Below are positions 45,553 through 58,627 of a DNA stretch of 64,000 nucleotides, in pieces. Source of the DNA: the human T2T-CHM13v2.0 reference genome, Homo sapiens; the NCBI RefSeq assembly GCF_009914755.1, contig NC_060941.1. The stretch is one strand, 5' to 3'. How positions within the stretch are numbered: the first letter of the stretch is position 1; every line of letters begins with the position of its first letter. The position numbers were made by a program, and so were the translations under genes. The notes beneath the pieces are model-generated. The model saw only the letters and a list, made by a program, of their open reading frames with translations, did no database searches and had not been told where the DNA came from.

Positions 45553-46025
45553 GTATACTAAGTTCTGATTTCATTTTTCCCTACTTTGTACCAATGTTAC
45601 TGCACAAAAATCTCTGAAACATTAGTTGAGGGGTCTCCAGCGATCAGAGTTTTGGGGTAGAAATAAAGTATCTCCAAGGTCCTTTTCAGCCCTGGTATGC
45701 CCTATGTCATTTTAAAAAGCACCAAAGTAACGTGTGCGCTACATTTTCAAAGCAAAGAGACTTGCATCCTGTCACAATGTGTCTCCACTGTTCTGAGTTA
45801 TGGGATCATTTGGCAAAGACTAAAATGTGGATCTGACCGTTTCATTAACATTCAGATCTTTTTCCAATTGGACAGAGATCAAAAAGTTGTTTCGTGTGTG
45901 TCTGAAAATGGACTGGAGAATAAACATCAGGGGTCAGATTTCTTTCTCCCTGCTTTGCTTTGATGCCACAACCTAAATCATGTACTGGCTTGGACGATGA
46001 CATGATTGCATGCCTTCTTTTGCAG

Positions 46026-46142
46026 CTGTCTTGTATGTGGGAAGATATAAGGTGGCTGAGGCAAAGCATACCAATATCCTCATCCTCATCCACAGTGCTG
46101 CAAACTCGGCAGAAGATGCTCGCAGCAACAGCACAGCTACAG
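46026..46142 (+). CDS. ANKFN1: ANKFN1 exon F (117 nt, phase 0 to 0): LSCMWEDIRWLRQSIPISSSSSTVLQTRQKMLAATAQLQ
   Basis: Acceptor cttcttttgcag|CTG, donor CAG|gtaagg. Lies within ORF 45960..46220. Confidence 0.96.
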
Positions 46143-47263
46143 GTAAGGGACCAGGTTTCAACCCAGGCCCCCAAGGAAAATATTTTTAATGTAGAAAATT
46201 CAGTTACCAGTCCTACCTAGAAAGGAAAAGGATGGGCTCCCTTCTCTTTCAGACCCCTAAGAATATGAAGTTTTCTTGAGCAGCTGGAGCTGCGTACCTG
46301 TAGGTATGCAGGTTTCATATAGGAAACCTGTACCTTTAGCAGTCTCCTCCAAGTGAGTCTCTCTTGAACAGTATATAGGAGTAACTCATTAAACAAGGAG
46401 TAAGGAGACTTGAGTTCTAGATTTGATATTAGTCAGCCGACTCAGTTCTCCTCTCTGGGCCCCAGTTTCATCACTTGCAAAATAAGAGAAGTTTAATGAG
46501 ATCTCTTGAAGGACTGTTGCTGCTCTGCCGTCCTATGCATTAATGAGTATATGAAGATGGAAAAAAGAGACGAGCAGATATTTTGAACAGTTTCTTGGTG
46601 TGATGATTTTGGTAAAGCATAGACATTTTTGCTTACTTATAAAAAAAAAACAAATAGAGAACAACGCTTAAAAGATTATCTTTAAGCCTGAATTGATTTA
46701 TCCTTCCATATTCTCAGTCACATCAGATCAAGTCCCCAATCTTTGTAGGTTACAGAGCTCCTCCTAGAAGTAGCATTAAATTCTAACCAAGATTTTCTGG
46801 GTTTTCCTCTTACTGTTTTCTGGTATTAAGTGAATTTGTGAATCTTAGCACAGAAAAAAAAATATCTGCTACATGGGATTGGAGCCATTAAGAGATCGCT
46901 GAGCCTTTATCAGTAACGGGTATCTACCTACAAATCTGCAGTTACATCAACCCCAGAAATATGCATAACAGGAATCTATGTAAGCTGTGTTTGGCCAGGC
47001 CATGTAGGTCACAGCATAAAAATAAAGTCACAATAACAAAAAAAAATTTCTATGGCTTTGCCCCCCACCTACAATTATAGGAATGTCATTTCTTAAACCC
47101 TCACAATAATAATAATTCAACTTCCTGCAATATTTTGTTGCTATTACAATTAATTCAGAAATGCAAATTTTGCTCCTCTGTGATATATTCCATTACACAG
47201 GTAGCTTGCTGTTTTGTATGCTCAGTGAGATTTTAGCAAACAGCTGTTCATTTCAACTCACTC

Positions 47264-47573
47264 GGGTTTTTTTTGGGTTGGTGGTGGTGGTGGAATGGAA
47301 TCTCTCTCTGTCTCCCAGGCTGGAGTTCAGTGCCGTGATCTTGGCTCACTGCAACCTCTGCCTCCTGGGTTGAAGCAATTCTCCTGCCTCAGCCTCCTGA
47401 GTAGCTAGGATCACAGGCACCCACTACCACACCCGGCTAATTTTTGTATTTTTACCAGAGACAGGGTTTTACCATGTAGGCCAGGCTGGTCTCGAACTCC
47501 TGACCTCAAGTGATCCACCTGCCTCGGCCTCCCAAAGTGCTGGGAGTACAGGCATGAGCCACCGTGCCTGGCC
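47264..47573 (-). mobile_element. AluSx/Sz-like; tail decayed to (GGT)n
   Basis: Antisense dimer with TSD TCAACTCACTC on both sides. Confidence 0.94.
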
Positions 47574-48367
47574 TCAACTCACTCTTGATTGCATAATCTT
47601 CTCTTCCAACTCAAGAAGCAGTTCTTGGAGCGGGCCATGATGACTGTGCTGAATTCAAAGTGCCTCGTCCTTTCATCACTGACCCACTTGAGTTGGACCA
47701 TGCCACTGCACCTCACACTACTCTTTCTTTAGGATAAATACATTCCTAAGAGGCTCAGACTCCTTAGTGGATCCTCCCATCATCCTACCATACAGCCCAG
47801 ACATGCCTGGATCACAGACTGAAAAACCTTAGAATTTCAAGGGGGGCTCTTTATTATGTGTTTATTGGAGGTTTCTTAGAACTTTCATCTGATATCAGCA
47901 ATGTGAGAAGGATCAGGCTGTTACAAGTCAGTGCAGTCAGACGCTGAGTGATGCAATGATGGCCAGTGTGACCCTACTCAACTACTCCCATTACAATACT
48001 TTTGGACTTCCTCAGCTTCCAAATCTATAGACCTCACCACTTTTCATAATGCATCAGCCCACTTCTGAAGTCATTTCCTTCCTTGACCAGCTTAGATTCC
48101 TTAGCCCATCTTAATCACTTCCTTGAAAATATTCCATTTTCTCCTTCATATTATTTATTTGGAAAAATCCCACGCCTGGATGAATCCAACATGTCTAAAG
48201 TAGTTACACATTGCCACATAAAAAAAAAAAAAAATCACAAAAAAGGGCTGACTGGTTTTATGTTAAATTCATGACTACAATTCTCACACGTAATGTTAGT
48301 GGTCCAATTTCCTTTCTCTACTAAATTTGCTTTCTCACACTGTAAAGCAACTATTTTAAAACCTTCT

Positions 48368-48653
<286 letters not shown>

Positions 48654-49149
48654 TCATTCTCCCACATCCCTTCTCCTTCCCCACACTCTCCTTCCCCACA
48701 CTCTCCTTCACATCTCAGGTGATGATTTCACTGTATAATTCATCAAGGAAAAAAATAGAAATTAATGATTTTTTCTGCCAAATTTATAAACCTCCTTGCA
48801 CAGACCGAACCTTCTTTTTTTTTTTCTTTTTATTTCAGAAGGTAAAGTCTCACATTTCCTACCATAAGTTCATTCCTCCACATGTGCTCTGGGTCCCATC
48901 TCTTCCCTCTCATTTTTATTTTAAAATACTCAAGTCTTTCCAGTTAAATCTCCCCCTAAATTCCTCTCATAGCCCCACATGCCCCTTCAGCTACCAAACT
49001 ATTCTCTTCCTTACACCCAAACTTCTTGGAAGAGTTACCTACATCCCCTTTCTCCACTGACATCTCCATTTCCTACCAGTTCTCAAACCTCTCTCTGACT
49101 TTTGCTACCATGATGCATACAAAACTGCTCTTTAAGGGCACCAGAAACC

Positions 49150-49496
49150 AGAAGCAGATGATGCTGCCAAAGCTGGAGCTTCAGGACCCCTCACTTGCAT
49201 GAGCTATGAGTGTGGGACCCCTGTAAGTGTGGAACCCACAGTGTTTTAGGGAAGGGAAGCTGGATTGCAGTCAGGAAGCATTTCTCGCAAACTTTCTAAA
49301 GAAATTTCTGGAGGAAAGGGGACCCAAAATTCCAAACACTCTAGTATTTGCTGGAGAGAAGGAAATTTCTTTTATCCTTCTGGATAAAGATTCACTTTTA
49401 TACCTAGTCTTATTTTTGAAATTCTGTGTTCTCTGTCTTAAAGAGTGCCTCAAAATTGTATAGTTCAGGCACCCACAAAACCTAGATCTAGTCATG
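49150..49496. mobile_element. MER102-like DNA transposon relic
   Basis: 'gcttcaggacccctcacttgcatg' ... 'ttaaagagtgcctcaaaattgtatagttcaggcacccacaaaacctagatc'. Confidence 0.6.
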
Positions 49497-50478
49497 CCAA
49501 TGACTTCGGTTTCACTAAGCAACATTTTATACACTTGGTTCCATACTCCTTTTGGAGATTGGCATATCCCTTGGCTTCCACAATTTCACACTGTTCCGAT
49601 TTTCTTCCAACTTGCTGGTCTTTCTCCGTATCCTTTGCTAGTTTTCAAGCTGTTTCCTTTGCTTAGAATCCCCTTCTTTCCTCACTTTGCCTTACTAATT
49701 CCTATATATCCTCCAGGTCTCAGCTTAACTTTTATACTTCCTTAAAGAGCCTTTCTCTGATCCCTTGATTAAGTGAATCACTCTCATAGCACCTTGTATT
49801 CTTCATTCAGGAAAGTGATCAGAATCCCAGAGTTTATTATTTGTATTATTATCTGTTTAGTGCCCCACTTGGACTGTGAGTTCCTCAGTTCAGGGAATGT
49901 GTCTGTCTTGGCTACCACTATATCCCCAATGCCTGGAATGTGGTAGACACTCAGTAAGTACAAGTTGGATAAATAAATATATCTGTCAATCCAAACCCAT
50001 GTACCCCAGTGATCACACTTGAGGGAAACTTTATCTAGCCAAAGGGAAAAGGGATCACAGAAATGTTTTGTAGTTTTGTAGCATAGTTACCACCTGGATG
50101 GATAGCTCTCCGGTCCTGCACCGTGACCGGAGAGCCTCATAGTCTTCAATAAATGGTCACCTTCACAGTGCCCCCATCAAGGCCTGAGTGCTGTATGCAT
50201 GCCCTTCTCTCTAAGTTTCTTTATGCCTAGTTCAATGATAAAAGTTGCTTTCATCACTTTTTTTGGTAGGACCTATTGCCCAAACTATTTACTAGTCTGT
50301 ACAGCGAAGATGTCTGGAAATACTGAAGGCACCTTTTGTTGGTGAGGGAGGTAAGAGCGGTGGAAGGGAGGCGTAAGTTATAGAAAAACTTTTCTGAAGG
50401 GAAAGAAAAAGAAATTTGAGGATTGACACATAGTTAATATGTTAGATCACTCTACTAATTTAAAATATTTTACAATGT

Positions 50479-50783
<305 letters not shown>

Positions 50784-51289
50784 AATGTTCTGAGGAAAGT
50801 AAAAATGCATTATACATAGTTTGATTGGCATCAACCATAAATAAATTCTATTGATTTTCCTCTGGTGCATCTCATTTAACTCTCCTCTCCTTTCCAGTTT
50901 TGTATACTACTGCCTGATTACTCCAATTTGGTCAAAAGCCTCCAGAGTCATCCCTCTGCTACCAGTCTTGACAGCCTCCAATCCACTTTCCATACTTTGG
51001 CCAGAGTAGCCAATCTAAAAGATTCTGACCAAGGCATTCTCTGACTTAGACTCTTCCAGCTGTGGCTCAGACATTTTATCACGGCTCACAAAGGCCTCAA
51101 TCATGATCTTTCTCCCCCTCATCTGCGCTCATAGTCACTGGGCTTAGTCACTGTGTCCAAGTCAGGGGACCTACCTTTATCACAGTGCATATCAAGCACT
51201 GTGCAATTTGCACCTTGTTTTCTGGGTTTCTGCTCTCTAGTGAGCTCCTTTAATATATAATAGTAAATAGTAACCGTGAAGTGACTACT

Positions 51290-51530
51290 TTCATTTATTT
51301 AACAGACTAGGTGCCAGGCACTGTGTTGAGTGCTTTACAAACTTTACTGTCATTTAATCTTTGCCACAACCTAATGAGAAAGTACTATTATGGTATTCTT
51401 TTAACAGATCATAACACTAGGGCCTAGAAATGCTCATTTGTGCCCAAGGTTACATAGATAGGAAGTAGCAGATTCTAGATTCAAATCCAGATTTATTTAA
51501 CTCCAAAGCCTGCATCCTTTCCAGTACTTC
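51290..51530 (-). mobile_element. MIR SINE
   Basis: 'gtgccaggcactgtgttgagtgctttaca...catttaatc...gcccaaggttaca...gattcaaatccag'. Confidence 0.85.
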
Positions 51531-52139
51531 ATCATCTTACTGTGTAGTAATTTACAAAAAAAGCAGACAAAATTTTAAAGAGAAAAAATTATTCATATTA
51601 TAGTAAAAAAGAAAAAGAAGTCTATTCTTAATTAAAATTTCCTAGGCCAGAGGAGAGATAAGTATCTCAGCATGTGGGAAAAAAAATTAAGATGAGAAAT
51701 CCTGTAAGTGACCAAAAGCCCACATTGTTTTTCTTTCTCTTAGGAAAATGTCAGAGGGCCCAAAGAGGGAGAAGTGTACATTGCTCTTACATTGAAAGGT
51801 GTCTAAGCTACTTATCCCCCCAAAACAGTAAAAATCTGACACTGCAGATTGTGCTAAACTTTCCTCCTCCATAGCTTTTAGAAATGAGTGTTAGTGAGTA
51901 AGAGCTAAGTAACAATATATGAATACCGTGTTCTTTACATTTGTTAAGGGGAGAAAAGATTTTCCCAAAATTTTGCTCTTCTTTTTCAGGCCTCCTTATC
52001 CCAACTCTGGACTTCCTTCACCTTCCCATGTCCACATCACCCCAAACTGAATAAAGACCTCTAAATATTGTGCCTCTGCCTAGGGCTTATTGACAGCCCT
52101 GTGATTTGTCCTGGTTATAACCTAGATGCATTCCTGTTA

Positions 52140-52155
52140 GCCATCAGGTGGCTCT
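52140..52155 (+). promoter_or_regulatory. Candidate CTCF site GCCATCAGGTGGCTCT
   Basis: Near match to CCASYAGRKGGC. Motif match only. Confidence 0.3.
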
Positions 52156-53090
52156 TATAGGATCATCAGGAGCCCTAGATCACCTAACCTTGATTATGAC
52201 AGGTATTAACATGGTCTATTTTTGCTTTAGGCCCTAAAGAACCTTGAATTCTCCCTCATGGAAGATGGTTCCAATTTATTTTCACAATAATATTCTACTT
52301 TTAAATTGGGCTCTCCTCAAGGCTAGCTATCCAACCTAATTTGATGTCAATAAAAAATTTCAAGAAGACTTACAGTGCTTTCTTATTCAACCCCTTAGAA
52401 AACCTATCTGCAGCTGATAGTGAACCACTGATAATAACTTTGTTTAAGTGAAAAGACCACCGTAGTCAATGTCTACCCATCAGCTTTGGTCCAAAGTGAA
52501 TCACATTTTCCGGCGTCTTAATGATAATACAATATGTTAATTAAGTCAACGAAAAGTGGCTGAGTCCTTTCCATGGGCAGGCACTGTGCAAGGGACACAG
52601 AGACACAAAGATGAAACAACTATGAATTCATAACGTGAACTCATACACCAATACATGCAGTAAAGCCAGAGACATGCTAAGATGGAAGTTTGTAGAGGAA
52701 ACAGTAAGGGAAAAAAGAGGGATGGTAAAGTCTTCCTTAGAGAGTTGGAAAAGTCTTCCCAGGGGAGGTGAAATCTGGGATGGGTCTTGAAAAGGAGTAG
52801 ATGTAAGCCTGGGTGGGATTCCAATTAGAGCAGTAAAGAAAGCCCCCACCCTACATTGCATCGAGCTTGAGGGTTTACAAAATACTTTTTCATGAGTTGC
52901 TTGATTTAATCCCTCAAACATTCACTGAGGTAAAGATTAGCATAACAGCTGTCTGAGCTGTAAAGACTCTTACTTTTAGATGATGATACTCAGGACCAGA
53001 GAGGGTAAATAATTTTTTCAGAAGTCCAACAGTTAATAAATGGTAGCCAACCCTGAAATTCAATACCAAATATAAGTAAAGGTTTAATAG

Positions 53091-53309
53091 CAATGGTAGG
53101 CTGGAGCCAACCTGTACTGGCCCGAGAGAGCCAACTGTTAAATATTCGGGGATTTTGAAAGCCTGTTGTCAAACTCTGGGTAGTTTGAAATCCCACTACA
53201 GCAAGAGTATTTACACCACAGAAACCGGCATATGCTACAAATCAGGGCTTTCTTTTCTTTTCTTCCTTTTTTTTCCTTTTTCGCTAGCCAGTTTACCAGC
53301 ATCACACTG
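53091..53309. mobile_element. MER69/Arthur1A-like hAT-Tip100 MITE
   Basis: TIR-like ends CAATGGTAGGCTGG / CCAGCATCACACTG; imperfect 8-bp TSD TTTAATAG/CTTATTAG. Confidence 0.65.
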
Positions 53310-54521
53310 CTTATTAGTACCCCACAGGGCTGGACTAAAAGCCACACCCACTTCTCTATGATTTAGAAGTCAAATATTGGAAAGAAAAAATATGACTGAG
53401 TGATTAGGCCATCGCAAAAAAATCATAATCTTGCCAAATGAATTTTTATGTCAAAAATTATTTATGAAATTCCTTATTTGTCCTATGTCTGGTCTTTGTA
53501 AGGAAGAAGATAAGGTTTCGGCCGCAGTCCCTACCTGTGAGGGAAAATTCCGGGGTTTTCATAGATGTAGATGTTGACTTCCTGGCTCATTCATTTTTAG
53601 GTCATCCTTGTCACTTTTACAAATCCCAGTTCTATTTCTGTATTCATGCTAACAGGGCATCTCACCACCTCTTATGTGAGCTCACAAAAGTAACAGCTAG
53701 GAGCTCTAGGATGATTTATAATGTTTAGAAATCACAGATATTTAAAGCTAGAGGGGATTTTATCCTATTCATCCAGTGTTCTAGCTTAGAAATCTTCAAA
53801 CCCTGCATATTTGTAAAACTCCTGTTTATTTTAGGAATAACTACCTGAGCCCCTCCATATTGAGTGTGGCATCTTTCCCTTCCTACCTTCCTAAAAGCAT
53901 TGTCTGCCTCAGTTGACCCAGTTTATAAGCAATTTTAACAGATTTTTAAATAAACAGAAGCCCCTGAAATGCAGATAAGTCGAATCAGGCCAATTTCCCA
54001 ATTAAAGTATCTTGAAGGGAATGTGCAGTCATTTGGGGACCTGTACAATGTGCTACATTGTCAATTCACTTCTTCATTTTAAACAACCCCACCTCATACC
54101 AGCTTACTGCAGATCTCCTGAGAACTCCACAGAAGCATACTTTAAATATCAGACATTTTTCTTTAAAACATCTGGGATTCTCTTCAAGTGCTGGTAACTG
54201 AGGTTTATGTACTGGTGTGCCTATGTGGGTAAGAAATATGTACAGATACTGAATTTGCCTTTTTAAAAAAACATAATTTTTATGCATCTTGCTGTAATCT
54301 TTGCAGGCTCTGCAATCTTTACAAATGCCTTGTAAAGACCTTTGAGCTTCTGTGAAGTACATGTCTATGATGCCATATATTCTAGGTTTAAGTGCAAAAA
54401 AAAAAAAGAGAGCAAACAGCTTCTCAGAAATCAGATTATTATTCACGGTGTCTTTTGTTGCCGTTGTGTTGCTTTGTTAGCATAATACCCTCTATGCTAC
54501 CGGTAATCCATTTGTTTCCAG

Positions 54522-54737
54522 AATTTACTTGGGACACACAACTTGGGAAGAGTTTACTATGAGCCCATTAAAGATCGACATGGAAACATACTCATAGTCA
54601 CCATCAGGGAGGTGGAGATGCTTTATTCATTTTTTAATGGCAAATGGATGCAGATCTCAAAGCTGCAAAGCCAGAGAAAGTCTCTATCAACACCTGAGGA
54701 GCCAACAGCTTTAGACATTCTACTGATAACCATCCAG
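54522..54737 (+). CDS. ANKFN1: ANKFN1 exon G (216 nt, phase 0 to 0): NLLGTHNLGRVYYEPIKDRHGNILIVTIREVEMLYSFFNGKWMQISKLQSQRKSLSTPEEPTALDILLITIQ
   Basis: Acceptor tttgtttccag|AAT, donor CAG|gtatgt. Overlaps ORF 54543..54803. Confidence 0.96.
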
Positions 54738-54989
54738 GTATGTAGTTTTTTTCTTAATTCCCGGGTATACTTAAGGTTCCAAACCCAATTATTGAAGGTC
54801 TAGTGAAATATTGCAAGAGCCATTTACATATGCAGTGATGGAGTGGAGAGGGTCCAGAGATATGTTGTTGCAAATGCAGAAGCTTATTTTTTATTTATCA
54901 CTCCCTAGATGTGGAATTCATTCATACAAATAGTGGGCACCTAATAAAGCATTTTCATGCCCTGGCCAATGAGCCAGTAAGAAACATTG

Positions 54990-55297
54990 AGGCCAGGCGC
55001 AGTGGCTCATGCCTGTAATCCCAACACTTTGGGACCAAGGTGGGTAGATCACTTGAGGTCAGGAGTTCAAGACCAGCCTGGCCAACATGGTGAAACCCCA
55101 TCTCTACTAAAAATACAAAAAAATAAATAAATAAATAGCTGGGTATGTGGTGCACACTTATAATCTCAGCTGCTTGGGGGGCTGAGGCGGGGAGAATCGC
55201 TGGAACCTGGGAGGCGGGTTGCAGTGAGCCAAGATCGTGCGACTGCCCTCCAGCCTGGACAACAGAGTAAGACTCTGTCTCAAAAAGAAAAGAAAAC
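54990..55297 (+). mobile_element. AluS, about 250 nt downstream of exon G
   Basis: Full dimer with TSD AAACATTGA. Confidence 0.95.
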
Positions 55298-55565
55298 AAA
55301 CATTGAGACCAATAATTGAGTAGGGGATAGGGAATCTCTAGATAGTATAATCAAAACATTAAACCAATATCTGAATGAACTGTAATGACAATACATTTCT
55401 AAATTGTATATATATATGTGTGCATGTGTGTGTATTTGAGTGTGTGTACATGGGTGTGTATGTACAAAAACACTCTCACACATATTTACTCCTGCATGTT
55501 CCTTACGATACTCCCTTGGGACAGACAGGCATGATTAAGTCCATTTTAGGAACGAAATAACTAGA

Positions 55566-55944
55566 GGCTGGGCGCAGTGGCTCACACCTGTAATCGTAGC
55601 ACTTTGGGAGGCCAAGGCAGGCAGGTCACCTGAGGTCAGGGGTTCAAGACCAACCTGGCCAACATGGTGAAACCCCATCTTTACTAGAAATACAAAAATT
55701 AGCCAGTTGTGATGGCAGCCACCTCTAATCCCGGCTACTCAGGAGGCTGAGGCAGAATTGCTTGAACCAGGGAGGTGGAGGTTGCAGTGAGCCGAGATCA
55801 CGCTACTGCACTCCAGCCTGGGTGACGGAGTGAGAATCCATCTTAAAAAAAAAAAAAAGAAAGAAAAGAAAAGAAAGAGAGAGAAAGAAAGAAAGAGAGA
55901 AAGAAAGAAACAAAGAAAGAAAGAAAGAAAGAAAGAAAAAGAAA

Positions 55945-55996
<52 letters not shown>

Positions 55997-56010
55997 GGAA
56001 AGAAAGAAAG
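55566..56010 (+). mobile_element. AluSx-like with an expanded (GAAA)n tail, inserted in a MIR
   Basis: Full dimer; TSD AACTAGA flanks the Alu together with the whole repeat tail. Confidence 0.95.
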
Positions 56011-56012
56011 AA
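55845..56012. repeat. Polypurine A-run/(GAAA)n tetranucleotide STR
   Basis: About 165 nt of A/G with a single C at 55911. Confidence 0.97.
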
Positions 56013-56049
56013 CTAGAGCTCAAAGAGGTTAAATGACATAGAGCTACAC

Positions 56050-56235
56050 ACAGAGGCAATTTAGTGAAGCTAATGAAGCTTTGATGTCCTTCAGCCTTCA
56101 CTTGTACAAGCCTCTTCTATGTCCTTGCAGGGACCCTAGCAGCTTTGCTTTCATAACTTTGTGTTGTTTTCCTTAAAAAAGACACCAGAAACTATATCCA
56201 CTTGAGTCTCCACAAAACTTGATTTTGTCCCTTGG
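56050..56235. mobile_element. Short MER102-like element inside the same MIR
   Basis: 'gtgaagctaatgaagctt...cttcacttgtacaagcctctt...ccacaaaacttgat'. MIR text resumes afterwards. Confidence 0.55.
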
Positions 56236-57918
56236 CACACAGCTAGAAAATGACAGAGCTGAGGCTTCAGTTCAGATCTTCTGATTGCAAATTAGGCTTC
56301 TTTCTGCTACATTATGTCATATTTTGAGGTAGAAGTCAGGATTTTAGTGAGTGGGGGACAGGAAATGAAATAAAGGATAAAAGACTTACTTGAATACTGA
56401 ATAGCCACCAAAATTCAAAATCCAGGTAGCTCAGATGCAGCCCTTGGCCTGGATGGTGGAATTGGGACACCAACCCATGTATGCTCCTGAGTCCAGCACG
56501 CTCTCTCTGCCTCACACATTCTTTTGTGAACATGGGCTTCAAACTGTTTCTTTTTTTCTTTCTCTGTTTTTTTTTTAATCCAGTGATAGGGATGAATTGT
56601 ATAGGACACTTAGGTTAGGTAGAAAAGCTGGCAGAAACATCTACACTGAGCCCCCTGCAAGCAGTAGCATATCCACAGACAGCCACAGAGAGAAGGAAGG
56701 ACCCAGTTGCACAGAAACAACCCAAATCTGACCTTCCGTCCTGGGAGCCATCTGTGGTCACCCTAAACGGCTAACTTACTTTCTAAGTTACTTTCATTCC
56801 CCGCCAAGGGGTGGCAAGTACAATAATCTCATTTTTTCATTACTTGCACCGGCCCAAACCAGGACAAAGGCCAATGAAGCAAAGGTAAGCTAATTGGTCA
56901 AAGCCAATACCTCTGGATTTAATTTTGTGGAATTTGGGTTCATAGGGAATTGACAGAGAGTATGTGCTTGTGTGAAGGAGGTGGGGGCAGGGAACACAGA
57001 CACATTTGAGGCTCCCCTCTTCACCTTTTATAAGCAAGTGCTAAAAGAAACATTTAAAAAATCATAATAAATTGAGCTTTTACAGGGTGACTAATACACT
57101 AATCCCCTATAGGGATAAACTAGGGTCTGGGCTACCTTTGCTCCTAGAAACACAGCACAGGCCTCAACATGATATAATACCTGGTTTCTCCTAGACTTAT
57201 TACATTAAAAATGTGTTACAGGTGCAGAAAAATTCCAATCTGGTGAAAGGTTGTTAGAGAAGGAAACCAAAAATAGAGGCAGGATCGGGTTTCCACACAG
57301 ATCCAAGTGGAAAATTTACCCCCGCTGACTGGCACATTCCCACCTGATGTCATTCCCACCCACCCCCACTCTCCCTTCTCCTCCCCCTACTTCTTCTCTC
57401 TCCCCTCCTTCCCATACAAGTCTCACACTAGAGAGGAAATGGGGAATAAAACTATGAGGGCTGGTATCCAATCCCTCCTAGACTTAAGATTTAATTATAT
57501 CAGGAGTTGGCCCCACCAACTCAACATAAAGGGAGAGATAGGTCTTGGTGGTACCCAAAGCAGGCTGGTAATTCCCACAATAACAGGCCACAGACCACTC
57601 TCTTTTCTCAGGGGTGGTGGAGTGATGACCACCAGGCCTTCTCATTGGAAGCCTGGGCTTCTGTCTGCTACATCACATCACATTCTGTGCACCACTTTGA
57701 AATCAGGATGACTGGGTGTGAATACCGACTCCACCCTTTCTGGTTATGTGTCCAGGGCATTATTTAACTTCTCATCCCTCACAGTTCCTCCTCTGCAAAA
57801 AACCTACTTCATAGGGTTCTAATGAAGATAGGTGAGTTAGTACATACATGATTAAAAGAGTAGCACAAAGTAGTGCTCAATAAATATTAGTGATTTTTAT
57901 TATGTCTCAGAAAATTTT

Positions 57919-58627
57919 TTTTCTTTTTTTTTTTTATTTTACTTTAAGTTCCAGGGTACAAGTGCAGGATGTGCAGGTTTGTTACATTGGTGTGCCATGG
58001 TGATCTGCTGCACCTATCAATCCATCACCTAGATATTAAGCCCAGCATGCATTAGCTATTTTTCCTGATGCTCTCCCTCCCCTTGCCCCTACCAACAGGC
58101 CCCAATGTAGGTTGTTCCCCTCCCTGTGTCCATGTGTTCTCATTGTTCAGCTCTCACTTATAAGTGAGAACACATAGTGTTTGGTTTTCTGTTCCTGCAT
58201 TAGTTTGCTGAGGATAGTAGCTTCCAGCTCCATCCATGTCCCCGCAAAGGACATGATCTCATTCCTTCTTATGGCTGCATAGTATTCCATGGTGTATATG
58301 CACCACATTTTCTTTATCCAGTCTATCATTGATGGGCATTTGAGTTGATTCCATGTCTTTGCTATGGGAAATAATGCTGCAGTGAACATACGTGTGCACA
58401 TGTCTTTATAATAGAATGATTTATATTCTTTTGGGTATATACCCAGTAATGGGATTGCTGGGTCAAATAGTATTTCTGATTCTAGGTCTTTGAGGAATTG
58501 CCACACCATCTGCCACATTATTGAACTAATTTACATTTCCACCAACACTGTAAAAGCTTTCCTATTTCTCTGCAGCCTTGCCAGCATCTGTTGTTTCTTG
58601 AATTTGTATTAATAATAATCACCATTC
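57919..58627 (-). mobile_element. L1PA (intermediate age) 5'-truncated 3' end
   Basis: ORF 58147..58518(-) is the L1 ORF2 C-terminus; poly(T) head; 17-bp TSD ATGTCTCAGAAAATTTT at 57902 and 58628, followed by AA. Confidence 0.95.

Noticed and set aside
48673-48712. 15-bp tandem repeat CTCCTTCCCCACACT as an array or CRISPR-like structure
   Set aside because: Only about 2.5 adjacent copies with no spacers; a simple slippage duplication.
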